Numbered from the stretch's first letter, positions 18,220 to 28,088 are shown. The stretch is DNA of 64,000 nucleotides from Candidatus Woesearchaeota archaeon (GCA_017608525.1 JAFCFS010000001.1:1934-65933), one strand, 5' to 3'. A program made the numbers and translations. Notes: generated by a model not told the origin, from the letters alone.

Positions 18220-20607
18220 ATGGTAAAAGAATTAAAAGCTGAAGAATTAAAACTTCATATACCAAAGGATCTTCCTGAAACGACAAAGGAAGTTGAACCC
18301 TTAGAGTCTATCGTCAGCCAAGAGAGAGTTCTTGACGCAATAAAAAGCGGAATAGATATTGAAGAAAAAGGTTTTAATATTTATATTTCGGGTTTGAATT
18401 CACCAGATAGATTAAATATCGTAAAAGAACTTGTTGAAAAATTAACCCAAGATAAAGAATCCAAATTATATGATTTTTGTTACGTTTACAATTTTAAAAA
18501 TCCAGAAGAGCCGAGAATTTTAATCTTTCCAGCAGGAGAAGGAAAAAAATTTAAAGAAAGAATGGACAATCTCGTAGAAATCCTCAAAAAAGATATAAGA
18601 AAGGCTTTAACAGATTCAGTATATGAGAAAAAAATATCGGGTTTGCGTTCAGAGCTTAATTCTAAAATAATGGAACTGGAAGCGAACTTAAAAAATGAGG
18701 TATCAAGTTTCGGATTTGTTATAGTTTCTACCCAAACAGGAGGATTTGATGTTGGGATTCCAATAATGAACAACAACATAGGTAGGCAAGTTGTAGAAAC
18801 AAAACTAGATAGATTAAAGGGAATTTATAGTGAGGAAGAAATAAAAAATTTGAAAAATACACAAAACGAGTTGAGAAGAAAGTTGAAAAAAGTCGGAAAA
18901 CAAATAATGTATTTGAAAGAAGAATATGCAAAAAAAGAAAGAGAAGTAAAAAAGGAATGGTTGTTTACAGTTGTTGAGTCACCAATAGAAGCGCTAAAGC
19001 AACTATACCCTGACAATGAAAAGGTTAAAGAACATTTGGAAGAAATGAAGGAAGATGTTGTTACTTATTCTTCATCTTTCGAAGGAACATCGCAACAAAA
19101 CGTTATGGGTTTATTGGGTTTAATGGGAGGTTCTAGTGGAAATATATCAAGTGTGGTAGAAAGTGAAACATTTGGAGTTTACGATGTTAATATTGTGGTT
19201 GATAATTCAGGGAAGAAAAGAAGACCTGTTATCGTAGAAACAAATCCGAGTTTTTTAAATTTAAATGGTAAAATAGAAAAAATATCATCACAGGGTATTG
19301 TCCATAGCGACTTTAGAAAAATTAAGGCAGGAAGTATAGCCAAATCAAGCGGAGGGTATTTAATTGTTGACGTGTATGATTTGTTAAGAAAGCCAAAGGC
19401 ATGGGAAGTTCTAAAAAGGACATTAAAGACAGGAGAAGTAAAAATTGAAGACATATACGAAAATATAGGGGTTCTTTCAAGCGTTTTGGATCCTCAACCG
19501 ATTCCAGTAAAATTAAAAGTTATAATGTTAGGTGATGAATACGCTTATTATGTGCTTTCGCAATATGATGAAGATTTTAAAGAGTTATTTAAAATAAAAG
19601 CGCAGTTTGATCCAGAATTAGATTTGGAAAAGGGAACAAAAAATTATGTCTCATTTGCTGCAAAAGTTGTAAAGGAAAAAGAGCTTCCACCAATTGATAA
19701 AACCGGATTAGAGGCGATTATAGAATACGGTGCTAGATTAGCAGGAAGAAGGGAAAAGCTTGCAGAACTAACGAAAATTGAGGAGGTAATTGTTGAAGCG
19801 GGTACATTGGCAAAGAAAGGAAAAAAAGATGTTGTAACAAGAAAGGATGTTGAAAAAGCAATAGAAGCAAAAACAAAGAGGCACAGCTTGTATATGGAAA
19901 AATATCAGGAAGTAATAAATAAGGGGTTAAAGCTTATAGAAACAGATGGCGAAAAAATTGGGCAAATTAATGGTTTGGTATATTATGATGCAGATTTTGC
20001 CTTTGGAGCACCGATAAAAATAACTGCAGTGACATCTGTTGGTAGGAACGGAATTGTAAGTATAGAAAAGGAAACAGGGTTGTCCAAAAAAATACACAAT
20101 AAAGGTGTTTTCACAATAGAAGGTTATCTGAGGCATAAATTTGGACAAGATATGCCATTATCTGTTCATATTAATCTAGCATTTGAGCAACTTTATAATT
20201 ACTTAGATGGAGATAGTGCTTCCTCAACAGAACTATATGCTATACTTTCAAGTTTGGCTGGGGCACCAATAAAACAGGGAATTGCTGTAACAGGTTCAGT
20301 TAACCAATTTGGAGAAATACAACCGATAGGTGGGGTAAATGAAAAGATTGAAGGATTTTTCGATATTTGTAAAGCAAGAGGTTTAACAGGGGAACAAGGA
20401 GTAATAATCCCTGAACAGAATGTAAATGACTTAGTTTTGAAAAAAGAAGTAGTCAAAGCAGTAGAAGAAGGTAAGTTCCATATTTACCCCGTAAAAAGAA
20501 TCGAAGAAGGCATTGAAATATTAACAGGGAAACCTTTTGAAGAGATTGCAACAAAAGTTAAGGAAAAACTTAAAACTTATCTAAATGCAATGAAAAACTC
20601 AGAGTAA
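18220..20607 (+). CDS. Lon-like S16 serine protease with degenerate AAA+ module (LonC-like, probably ATP-independent)
   Basis: C-terminal Lon proteolytic domain: GDSASS (catalytic Ser context) and PIGGVNEKIEGF (catalytic Lys). The N-terminal AAA-like region lacks a canonical GxxGxGKT Walker A (ISGLNSPDRLN). No TM insertion, unlike archaeal LonB. Confidence 0.7.
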   Translation: MVKELKAEELKLHIPKDLPETTKEVEPLESIVSQERVLDAIKSGIDIEEKGFNIYISGLNSPDRLNIVKELVEKLTQDKESKLYDFCYVYNFKNPEEPRILIFPAGEGKKFKERMDNLVEILKKDIRKALTDSVYEKKISGLRSELNSKIMELEANLKNEVSSFGFVIVSTQTGGFDVGIPIMNNNIGRQVVETKLDRLKGIYSEEEIKNLKNTQNELRRKLKKVGKQIMYLKEEYAKKEREVKKEWLFTVVESPIEALKQLYPDNEKVKEHLEEMKEDVVTYSSSFEGTSQQNVMGLLGLMGGSSGNISSVVESETFGVYDVNIVVDNSGKKRRPVIVETNPSFLNLNGKIEKISSQGIVHSDFRKIKAGSIAKSSGGYLIVDVYDLLRKPKAWEVLKRTLKTGEVKIEDIYENIGVLSSVLDPQPIPVKLKVIMLGDEYAYYVLSQYDEDFKELFKIKAQFDPELDLEKGTKNYVSFAAKVVKEKELPPIDKTGLEAIIEYGARLAGRREKLAELTKIEEVIVEAGTLAKKGKKDVVTRKDVEKAIEAKTKRHSLYMEKYQEVINKGLKLIETDGEKIGQINGLVYYDADFAFGAPIKITAVTSVGRNGIVSIEKETGLSKKIHNKGVFTIEGYLRHKFGQDMPLSVHINLAFEQLYNYLDGDSASSTELYAILSSLAGAPIKQGIAVTGSVNQFGEIQPIGGVNEKIEGFFDICKARGLTGEQGVIIPEQNVNDLVLKKEVVKAVEEGKFHIYPVKRIEEGIEILTGKPFEEIATKVKEKLKTYLNAMKNSE

Positions 20608-20670
20608 ATTATTTCCTTTTTTTCTTTATAAAAAAATTTAAAAACTTGCTAATGAAAAATTTAATACTGT

Positions 20671-20743
20671 GGCGGTAGTAGTATAGTGGCTAGTACACAG
20701 GGCTGTGGCCCCTGGGATGTGGGTTCGATTCCCACCTACCGCC
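20671..20743 (+). tRNA. tRNA-His(GTG) with encoded G-1
   Basis: G-1 + GCGGTAG ... CTACCGC + C73; anticodon arm CAGGG-CTGTGGC-CCCTG; T-arm GTGGG-TTCGATT-CCCAC. Confidence 0.85.
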
Positions 20744-20748
20744 TTAAA

Positions 20749-22137
20749 ATGAGTTTAAAACTATACAATACTTTAACAAGGAAAAAAGAAACATTTAAGT
20801 CAATTAAACCAGGATTCGTTGGTATGTATTGCTGTGGGCCAACTGTTTACAATTACGCTCATATTGGAAATTTAAGAACTTATATATTTGAAGATATCCT
20901 AAAAAGGGTTTTAATTTATAACGGATTTAAAGTAAAGCATGTAATGAACATAACTGATGTTGGGCATTTAACTTCAGATGCAGATGTTGGTGAAGACAAA
21001 ATCGAATTGAGAGCAAGAAGAGAAAAGAAAACGGCATGGGAAATAGCAAAATTCTATACAAGAAAATTTTTTGAAGATATTGAAAGGTTAAATATAATCA
21101 AGCCAGATATAACTCCAAAAGCAACAGAACACATTAAAGATATGATAAGCCTTATAAAAATTCTTGAAAAAAAGGGTTATACTTATATTATAGAAAATGA
21201 TGGTGTATATTTTGATACATCGAAATTTAAGGATTATGGAAAGCTAGCAAGATTAAAGATTGAAGGGCTAAAAGCAGGAGCAAGGGTAGGGTTTGTTAAA
21301 GGGAAAAGAAATAAAACAGATTTTGCATTGTGGAAATTTTCTCCAAAGGGGGTAAAAAGGCAGATGGAATGGGAAAGTCCATGGGGTATTGGGTTTCCTG
21401 GATGGCATATCGAATGTTCTGCTATGGCAATGAAGTATTTAGGAGAACACTTTGATATTCATTGCGGAGGGGTTGACCATATTCCAATACACCATACAAA
21501 TGAAATTGCACAAAGTGAAGCAGCAACAGGAAAAAAATGGGTTAATTACTGGTTGCATGGGGAATTTTTAATTTTGGAAAAAGGCAAAATGGCAAAGTCA
21601 ACTGGAATGTTCATAACGTTACAAAAATTAATAGATGACGGATTTGATCCATTAGATTATAGATATTTCTGTTTAAACGCGCATTATAGGACTCAGTTAA
21701 GATTTAGTTATAAAGCTTTGGAAGATGCAAAAAGGGGATTCGAGCACCTAAAAAACAAGATTATAGAAGTGCTCTCGATTAAAAATAAAGGAAAAAAATC
21801 TACTATAGCTTATGAAAAAAGATTTATGGAAGCTATAAATGACGATCTGAATATGCCAAAAGCTTTAGCAATAGTATGGGATATGCTAAAAGACAATGAA
21901 GTAAGAAATGATTTAAAGTATAAAGCAATATTGAAATTCGATAGGGTTCTTGGTTTGAAATTAGATAAAATTAAAATAGAAATACCTAAAAAAATTAAAG
22001 AATTGTTGGAAAAAAGGGAGGAAGCAAGGAAAAAGAAAGATTTTGAATTGGCTGATAAGATTAGGGAGGAAATTAAAAAAGAGGGCTATGTTATTGAGGA
22101 CACAAAAGAAGGGCCAATTCTTAAAAAAGCAATATAA
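20749..22137 (+). CDS. cysS: cysteinyl-tRNA synthetase
   Basis: [18 protein letters not shown] (HIGH), WHIECS zinc-site context, KMAKSTG (KMSKS). The start is moved to MSLKLYNTL at 20749 because the track ORF's N-terminal 21 codons overlap tRNA-His. Confidence 0.9.
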   Translation: MSLKLYNTLTRKKETFKSIKPGFVGMYCCGPTVYNYAHIGNLRTYIFEDILKRVLIYNGFKVKHVMNITDVGHLTSDADVGEDKIELRARREKKTAWEIAKFYTRKFFEDIERLNIIKPDITPKATEHIKDMISLIKILEKKGYTYIIENDGVYFDTSKFKDYGKLARLKIEGLKAGARVGFVKGKRNKTDFALWKFSPKGVKRQMEWESPWGIGFPGWHIECSAMAMKYLGEHFDIHCGGVDHIPIHHTNEIAQSEAATGKKWVNYWLHGEFLILEKGKMAKSTGMFITLQKLIDDGFDPLDYRYFCLNAHYRTQLRFSYKALEDAKRGFEHLKNKIIEVLSIKNKGKKSTIAYEKRFMEAINDDLNMPKALAIVWDMLKDNEVRNDLKYKAILKFDRVLGLKLDKIKIEIPKKIKELLEKREEARKKKDFELADKIREEIKKEGYVIEDTKEGPILKKAI

Positions 22138-22175
22138 AAAAATTTTTAAAATAGAAAAAATAATTTACTTAAGAA

Positions 22176-22583
22176 ATGGAATGCGTATTCTGCAAAATAG
22201 CAAATAAGGAAGTACCTGCAGAAATTGTTTACGAAGATGAAAATGTAATTGCTTTTTTGGACATTAGTCCTGCAGCAAAAGGTCATACACTAGTAGTACC
22301 GAAAGAACATTTTGAAGATTTAACAAATGTTCCTGAAGAAATAGTTTCAAAAGTAATCAGAGTTGTAAAGAGGGTAACAAAAGCTTTGAAAAGTTTTAAC
22401 GACGGAGTAAATGTATTGCAGAATAACGGAAAAGCAGCTGGACAATTAATTCCTCACATTCATTTCCATATCATACCCAGAAAAGAAAATGACAACTTGG
22501 AAATAGCAAAATGGAAAGCAAACAATTACGACAACGATGAAGAGATGAAAGCTATTGCAAAGATGATAAAAGAAAATTTATAA
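22176..22583 (+). CDS. HIT-family (histidine triad) hydrolase
   Basis: HIHFHIIPR histidine-triad motif. 135 aa. Confidence 0.75.
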   Translation: MECVFCKIANKEVPAEIVYEDENVIAFLDISPAAKGHTLVVPKEHFEDLTNVPEEIVSKVIRVVKRVTKALKSFNDGVNVLQNNGKAAGQLIPHIHFHIIPRKENDNLEIAKWKANNYDNDEEMKAIAKMIKENL

Positions 22584-22621
22584 TAAAATTTAAAAACTAA
22601 AAATAAAATAAGAATAGCTGA

Positions 22622-22694
22622 GCCACCGTAGCTTAGCGGCTAAAGCACGAGTCTCATGAGCTCGCGATCGCCGGTTCGAATCCGGCCGGTGGCA
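22622..22694 (+). tRNA. tRNA with CAT anticodon (elongator Met or Ile2-type)
   Basis: GCCACCG/CGGTGGC acceptor, D-arm GCTT-AGCGGCTA-AAGC, anticodon arm CGAGT-CTCATGA-GCTCG, T-arm GCCGG-TTCGAAT-CCGGC. It lacks initiator features (no A1:U72, no three G-C pairs at the stem base). Confidence 0.8.
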
Positions 22695-22839
22695 TTAGTT
22701 TTTAATTTGCAAAAATTTTCATAAAATCAAAGTATAAATTAAAAACTTCGTTAAGAAATTTGTGCATTTTGCCTCTCGGATTCTTAGTTTTAAGTGCTTC
22801 TCCAAAAATTTTATAAAAACAAAAAATAAATAGGATAAC

Positions 22840-23013
22840 ATGGGTATCGGAAATTTCTTTAAAAGGGTTGGGAGTACAATTGGAAAACAAATAAAAAAAT
22901 CTCAAATTAATTTTAAGCGAAGAGAAGAAATAAGAGTCGTAAAAGAGAAGTACCTTTCTCAACTCTCTCATCGTGAATTGGTTCAAATTTATAAAACATA
23001 TTTAAGTGAATAA
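22840..23013 (+). CDS. possible small basic protein (58 aa)
   Basis: ORF MGIGNFFKRVGSTIGKQIKK... just upstream of 23006-23803 on the same strand. It competes with an antisense 94-aa track ORF; neither has a recognisable motif. Confidence 0.2.
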   Translation: MGIGNFFKRVGSTIGKQIKKSQINFKRREEIRVVKEKYLSQLSHRELVQIYKTYLSE

Positions 23014-23803
23014 AATGCCAAGAAAAAAACCTAAAAAAAGAAAAAGTAAAGGAAAAGAGGATATATTTGGTTTAGATTTTGATACACCAAAAATTGAAGT
23101 TCCTGAAATAAAAATACCTTTGGATTTTGGTCTTGACCAAGAACAGAAAAGGATAGATCCAAATAAAATACCTAAAGTAAAACTTGTTGGGATTCTTTCG
23201 AAACAACTTTCCATAAATCAAGTTTATCAGTCATTCATTAGGCTAGGTAAACATAGAATGGCAGAAGAATTTTTAAGCGAGACAGATTTTATAAACAAAA
23301 AATACGACAAAATGCTTCTTAAAATTGAGGGGAAAGAAGAAGAAACTATGGGAGATAAAATATTAGGTACAGTAGTAGATGAAATAATTAACCATATGAA
23401 AAAATTATATTCTATGTCCTTCAAACCAAAAGATGAGATTGATTTTCATAAACAAATAGAACCATTTCTCAGTGGACTAGTTTCTGTGATGGAAACTTCT
23501 TTAATTAGATTTGGTTGGAAAGCTAACGTAAGTAGAGAATACAAATTACCTTCAAATGAAAGAATCGATTTAATGGTTTCACTTGGAGGGGTTAAGATTG
23601 GAATAGAAGTTAAGTATGATTTAAAAGAGACATCAAAACTTCAAAGATTATTGGGACAAATCGATAGGTATATTCCGTATATGGACTTATTAATTATAAT
23701 TTCCTATCATCCATTAAATGCAAATGCGATTAGTGCGATTAAAAATAAAGAAATTGAAAAAGGAAAACCAATAAAAATCCTAACTCCCAATAAAATAGTG
23801 TAA
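23006..23803 (+). CDS. protein with C-terminal Hjc-like/PD-(D/E)xK nuclease-fold domain and Lys-rich N-terminal extension
   Basis: C-terminal METSLIRFGW...REY...ERIDLMVSLGGVKIGIEVKYD matches the E...D...E-x-K restriction-endonuclease-like core (Hjc-like spacing). The N-terminal ~60 aa are highly basic (PRKKPKKRKSKGK). Confidence 0.4.
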   Translation: MNKMPRKKPKKRKSKGKEDIFGLDFDTPKIEVPEIKIPLDFGLDQEQKRIDPNKIPKVKLVGILSKQLSINQVYQSFIRLGKHRMAEEFLSETDFINKKYDKMLLKIEGKEEETMGDKILGTVVDEIINHMKKLYSMSFKPKDEIDFHKQIEPFLSGLVSVMETSLIRFGWKANVSREYKLPSNERIDLMVSLGGVKIGIEVKYDLKETSKLQRLLGQIDRYIPYMDLLIIISYHPLNANAISAIKNKEIEKGKPIKILTPNKIV

Positions 23804-24144
23804 AACTTGACTTACATTTAGCAAATTCCATTTACACTAATAAAACTACATAATTTTTATTTGATTTTTTCTTTAACGACCAAATTAAACTTCATTATAT
23901 ATCTTTCTTTTTCTAGTTGATTAGAAAAATACCAACCCAAAATCGGCTAAGTATTGTAGTAAATGTGGTCAAGAATTTTGGATGTAATACGAAATTTTAC
24001 TGGGCCGATTTTTACTTTTCCAAAATTAATTTAATCAGAACAGTTAATAGATTTATAAAAATTGAAAAATTGCATTTGAATTAGAGAACAATTTCTTTAA
24101 AATTTGAGATTTGTAGAGAATCTAGGAAAATCTACTTGAGTTTT

Positions 24145-24741
24145 TTATACCTTAATTTTCCTTCTCAATCTTATCAATCCAGCTTCTATTCTAACAAATT
24201 TTATCGTTTTTCTATTGTATTTGTTTAGATTTATTTTCAGTTTCTTTGCTATTTTCTTAACAATTGGCAGTATCTCAGGATCACTTTTTTTCCAGAAAGG
24301 CCTTAATTCTCTAAGAAAAATATTAACAGTAACGGGTCCAACTCCGTAAAATTCGAGTAATCTTCTTTCCAAATCTTTTGGGTTTTTTGATTTTGAGTGC
24401 AATTTTTTTAAACTTCCTCCATATTTTTCAAGAAGAAATTCGCATACCTTTATTAGTTGGGCTGATGTTTTTCCGTCATACCTTGCATAACCGCCTTCCC
24501 TCATTATTGGGTCAACCAAAAAATCCCATCCCACATTAATAATTTTTTTAGGATCTAAAAGTTTATGTTTTTCCAATGTTTTGTAAGTATTTTTTGCAAT
24601 CGTTTCAGTTATTCTTGCCCCAAATAGGATGCTTGCTATAAACCATTTAAATAATTCTTTATCGTTATTTTTTCTTAAATCTATTCCTAATTCTTCGGAA
24701 TAGAGTTTAGATTTCTCAAGTTCTTTTAGACTTATTTTCAT
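24145..24741 (-). CDS. HhH-GPD-like DNA glycosylase superfamily protein (tentative)
   Basis: Helix-hairpin-helix-like LEFYGVGPVTVNIFLREL followed by an acidic SDPE segment, 198 aa. Assignment by motif resemblance only. Confidence 0.35.
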   Translation of the reverse strand: MKISLKELEKSKLYSEELGIDLRKNNDKELFKWFIASILFGARITETIAKNTYKTLEKHKLLDPKKIINVGWDFLVDPIMREGGYARYDGKTSAQLIKVCEFLLEKYGGSLKKLHSKSKNPKDLERRLLEFYGVGPVTVNIFLRELRPFWKKSDPEILPIVKKIAKKLKINLNKYNRKTIKFVRIEAGLIRLRRKIKV

Positions 24742-24817
24742 AAATTAAACTATTAACTTATTAATTTTAAATTTTTTTTCGGTAGATTTATAAAGAGATT
24801 TACAAACGTCCAAATTT

Positions 24818-25321
24818 ATGGCTAAAAAACGTTCCTTAAATGAGATTGTAAATAATGAAGAAACATCTACATTGGTAATCAAAACTCCAACTAAGGTTGC
24901 TTACCCAGAGGAAGCTATCGATTTTGTTGTAAAGAATTTTAAAAAGAAAGTTAAGGATGAAACAATGATAGAAGATGTTAGATTTGCTGCAGGTGAAATG
25001 GTTGCTAATGCAATAGAACATGGGAATAAACGGGATGAAACGAAACTTGTAAAAATTTATTGTTCTTGGTTTGGCGATGATTTCTATTTCGTTGTACAAG
25101 ATGAAGGTGAAGGATTTGATATAGAAAATCCGAGATATAAGCATTCTCCTCCTGAAGGCGGTTTGGGGATTATTTATACAAAACAAAGGATGGATTTGGT
25201 TTATAATTTTGAAGATTCTGCTTCTTACTTATGCAAAATCTATAAAAGAAAAAAATCAAATTTGCAAAAATCAAGTTTACTAAAGAAAGTTCACAAATTT
25301 TTAAAATCGATAACTTTATAA
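24818..25321 (+). CDS. GHKL/HATPase_c domain protein (RsbW-like anti-sigma-factor-type kinase fold)
   Basis: N-box (AAGEMVANAIEHGN), G1 box (VQDEGEGFD) and G2 (GGLGII) in a 167-aa protein. Confidence 0.55.
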   Translation: MAKKRSLNEIVNNEETSTLVIKTPTKVAYPEEAIDFVVKNFKKKVKDETMIEDVRFAAGEMVANAIEHGNKRDETKLVKIYCSWFGDDFYFVVQDEGEGFDIENPRYKHSPPEGGLGIIYTKQRMDLVYNFEDSASYLCKIYKRKKSNLQKSSLLKKVHKFLKSITL

Positions 25322-25345
25322 TTTTTTTAAAAAGAGAATAGTAAT

Positions 25346-25978
25346 ATGGAACTAAAAAAAGGGCTGCTTCTTCTCTCAAGCGGAATAGATTCTGTAATTG
25401 CTGGATATATTATTTTAAGCAGTAATATAGAAATTGTTGCAGTGCATTTCATCAATTATCCATACTCAAGTGGAACTTTAGAAAAAGCTAAAATGTTAGT
25501 TAAAAAATTAGAAAAGATAACTAAAAAAGATATTAAGCTATATTCTGTACCAATTGGAGAGCATCTAAAGAATTTTAAAAATAGAGCAAATGAAAAATTA
25601 ACCTGTATTTTTTGTAAAAGGCTGATGTTCAGGATAGGAGAAAAAATTGCAAAAAAAGAGGGCTGTAATTTTTTACTAACAGGGGAGAACTTAGGACAGG
25701 TTGCATCACAGACTTTAGAAAATATGGCAACGATTGAAAGTTGCATCAAAATTCCAGTAATAAGGCCCCTACTATGTTTCGATAAAGAAGAAACTATAAA
25801 AATAGCTAAAAAAATCGGAACATACGATATTTCAATTCAAAAAGAAATAGGTTGTAAAGCTGTTCCAAAATATCCGAGAACAAAGACAACATTGCATGAA
25901 ATTGAAAGGGAAGAAAAAAAATTTAACATTGGAAAAATGATTAAAGAAAGTTTAAAAAGAGTTATTTTAGTTCTTTAA
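25346..25978 (+). CDS. ThiI-like PP-loop sulfurtransferase domain protein (lacks THUMP domain)
   Basis: PP-loop LLLSSGIDS, the ThiI block TGENLGQVASQTLENM, and a CIFC (CxxC) motif like archaeal ThiI. Only about 210 aa, with no N-terminal THUMP region. Confidence 0.6.
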   Translation: MELKKGLLLLSSGIDSVIAGYIILSSNIEIVAVHFINYPYSSGTLEKAKMLVKKLEKITKKDIKLYSVPIGEHLKNFKNRANEKLTCIFCKRLMFRIGEKIAKKEGCNFLLTGENLGQVASQTLENMATIESCIKIPVIRPLLCFDKEETIKIAKKIGTYDISIQKEIGCKAVPKYPRTKTTLHEIEREEKKFNIGKMIKESLKRVILVL

Positions 25979-26618
25979 GTGCCTTCTTCATTTCTTTTCT
26001 TTTTCCAGCCTCCCTAAGCACTATTAAAGTTGCTCCATCTTTTATTACTGTATTTGGCAGGAAGTGAAATTCACCATCTTGATATACTGCAAGCGTTGTA
26101 AAAAAGTTTCCTTTAACCTTATTTATCCTTTTCCCAATTAAATTTGGATAAAATTCAGTTTTCTTTTCCACAATTTCGAATTTTCCACTTCCCAAAACAA
26201 GTTCTGAAACTAATGGTTCTTCAATTTTCAATGCTACATTTGAGGCTGCTGATTCATCAAAGTTTATTGGTATAATATCACTCATTTCCTCTAATAGTTT
26301 GCCGGTTCTCTTATTAACAACCTTTGCGAATATCTTGCTTACGCCTTCTTTTTTGGCATACAAACAAGTTAAAAGATTTGTTTCTTCTCTCTTATCAGCT
26401 GCTACAAATACCTCACATTCTTTTAGGTTCAATTCTTCTAAAATTTTTGGATCGAGTGGATTTCCATTAATTACTATTATACCGCTCTCGGAAGAACTTA
26501 TGTCAAGAGCTTTTTCCTTATCTTCCACAACAACGATTATTTTATTTTCCTTTCTTTCTAGTCTTTTTGCAAGTTCGATAACAAAATCGCTACTTCCTAC
26601 AATAACTATATTGGTCAT
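25962..26618 (-). CDS. trkA: TrkA-like regulatory protein (RCK/TrkA-N NAD-binding plus TrkA-C domains)
   Basis: N-terminal Rossmann IVIVGSSDFVIELAKRL and a C-terminal TrkA-C-like beta domain. Confidence 0.6.
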   Translation of the reverse strand: MTNIVIVGSSDFVIELAKRLERKENKIIVVVEDKEKALDISSSESGIIVINGNPLDPKILEELNLKECEVFVAADKREETNLLTCLYAKKEGVSKIFAKVVNKRTGKLLEEMSDIIPINFDESAASNVALKIEEPLVSELVLGSGKFEIVEKKTEFYPNLIGKRINKVKGNFFTTLAVYQDGEFHFLPNTVIKDGATLIVLREAGKRKEMKKALKELK

Positions 26619-26724
26619 TTTTTAATTTAAGAAATAAAGAGTGCTTAAAAATTTTTTGCATATAAAGAATATCAATTTTCGAAAATTTTATAAATAATTC
26701 GTTACTCTCCAATGGTGTCATTTC

Positions 26725-26730
26725 GGAGGT
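26725..26730 (+). promoter_or_regulatory. Shine-Dalgarno-like RBS (GGAGGT) 5 nt upstream of ATG 26736
   Basis: Seen directly; it supports the internal start for the MoxR gene. Confidence 0.45.
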
Positions 26731-26735
26731 TTAAA

Positions 26736-28088
26736 ATGAAAATCGTTGAAAAACTTAAGGCTTTTGTTGAAAAAACAGCAAATTCAGTACACTACGATAC
26801 GACAAAATTAGATACTGGAACCGAAATAATAGAACACGGCATACTTACACTAGAAACACTCGTTTTTTTACTTAATAAAAAAGCTTTAGTTATGGGTAAC
26901 CCAGGAACAGGTAAAACAAGTTCTGTTAATAAATTAGCTTCCCTTTTAGTTGGTATTCCATTACCATTGGCAGAATCTATCCATTTAAGAGGAAACCCAG
27001 AAGAAACAAAAGAATCGCTAATCGGTAGACCAGATTTTGGAAAATTAAATTTGGGGGATGAAAAGGCATTATTTATATTTGCGCATTTTTTTCCATATCT
27101 TCTTATTGATGAATTAAACAGGCTTAAACCTGGAAAACAGAGTTTGTTACTTCAGGGACTCCAATCTGGGATTTGGAAATACTTAAACGATTATATTAAA
27201 ACAGGAGACAGGCCAGTATTTGCAACCGCCAACCATACTGATGAAGGAACAGAAAAAATAATACCTCCATTGGAAGACAGATTCAATATTTGTTTTGAAA
27301 TACCCCCTTTAAAAACAACCTACGATGTTTTTGATGTCGAAGCCGCTGACACATACGCAAGAAATTTATTAAGTAATGATGAAATAGAAGAAAAAATGTT
27401 AAAGATATTGCTAGATAATAAAAAACCAAATAAAGAAAAACAAATAGAAATCTCGAGGCTTTGCAGAGAATTCCAAGATTACTTAAAAAAAGAGGGTGTA
27501 TTTTTGCTTAGTGAAGAAGATAAGAAGGAGATAAAGAGAAAAATTGAAGAAACTGAATTGTCAACACATTGCAAACTTTACATTGAAGCTGTTTTTCAAG
27601 AAATTAACTATTCCGAATTATACGGTTTTAAAAGGGCGTCTGATCCAATAATTTTAGATACAACTGATAAGAATTATGCCGGAGGAGATGTAGGGTGTGG
27701 ACTTGGAAACAGAGCTGTAGTTGATATGTGGCACATCACTAAAATTTTTGCATTTTTAAGTGGGTGTGAAGAAGCAAATGTAGAACATGCAAAGATGGCA
27801 ATACCTTATGTTTTAAACCATAGATTAAAGTTTACAGCAGATTTTGAAGCGAGATCTGAAAGGAAAAGCAGAAAGGAAATGAAACAACTTGGTCTAACAA
27901 GAATATTACTTGAAGAAATCAATGCAAGGTTCAACCAAGAAGCTAAAAATTTACAGGAAGCATTGTATTGGAGAAAGGAGAAAGGGATCAAAAAAATAGA
28001 GGATTTACCAGACAGGATTAAAGAAAAACTCAAGAATACTAAGTACCCACCTCTTGTAGTTTTTAGAGACTTATATTTTGAAAAATAA
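26736..28088 (+). CDS. MoxR-family AAA+ ATPase
   Basis: Walker A LVMGNPGTGKTS, Walker B LLIDELNR, and a sensor/arginine region. A C-terminal ~150-aa extension follows. Confidence 0.75.
   Translation: MKIVEKLKAFVEKTANSVHYDTTKLDTGTEIIEHGILTLETLVFLLNKKALVMGNPGTGKTSSVNKLASLLVGIPLPLAESIHLRGNPEETKESLIGRPDFGKLNLGDEKALFIFAHFFPYLLIDELNRLKPGKQSLLLQGLQSGIWKYLNDYIKTGDRPVFATANHTDEGTEKIIPPLEDRFNICFEIPPLKTTYDVFDVEAADTYARNLLSNDEIEEKMLKILLDNKKPNKEKQIEISRLCREFQDYLKKEGVFLLSEEDKKEIKRKIEETELSTHCKLYIEAVFQEINYSELYGFKRASDPIILDTTDKNYAGGDVGCGLGNRAVVDMWHITKIFAFLSGCEEANVEHAKMAIPYVLNHRLKFTADFEARSERKSRKEMKQLGLTRILLEEINARFNQEAKNLQEALYWRKEKGIKKIEDLPDRIKEKLKNTKYPPLVVFRDLYFEK

Noticed and set aside
20686-20748. N-terminal 21-codon extension of the cysS ORF as given in the ORF track ([21 protein letters not shown])
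   Set aside because: It lies entirely within tRNA-His (20671-20743). The real start is the Met of MSLKLYNTL at 20749, which also gives a normal CysRS N-terminus.
22702-22986. Minus-strand 94-aa ORF downstream of tRNA-Met
   Set aside because: It has no motif and competes with a plus-strand small ORF (22840-23013) in the same interval. Neither is convincing, so only the plus-strand one is listed, at low confidence.
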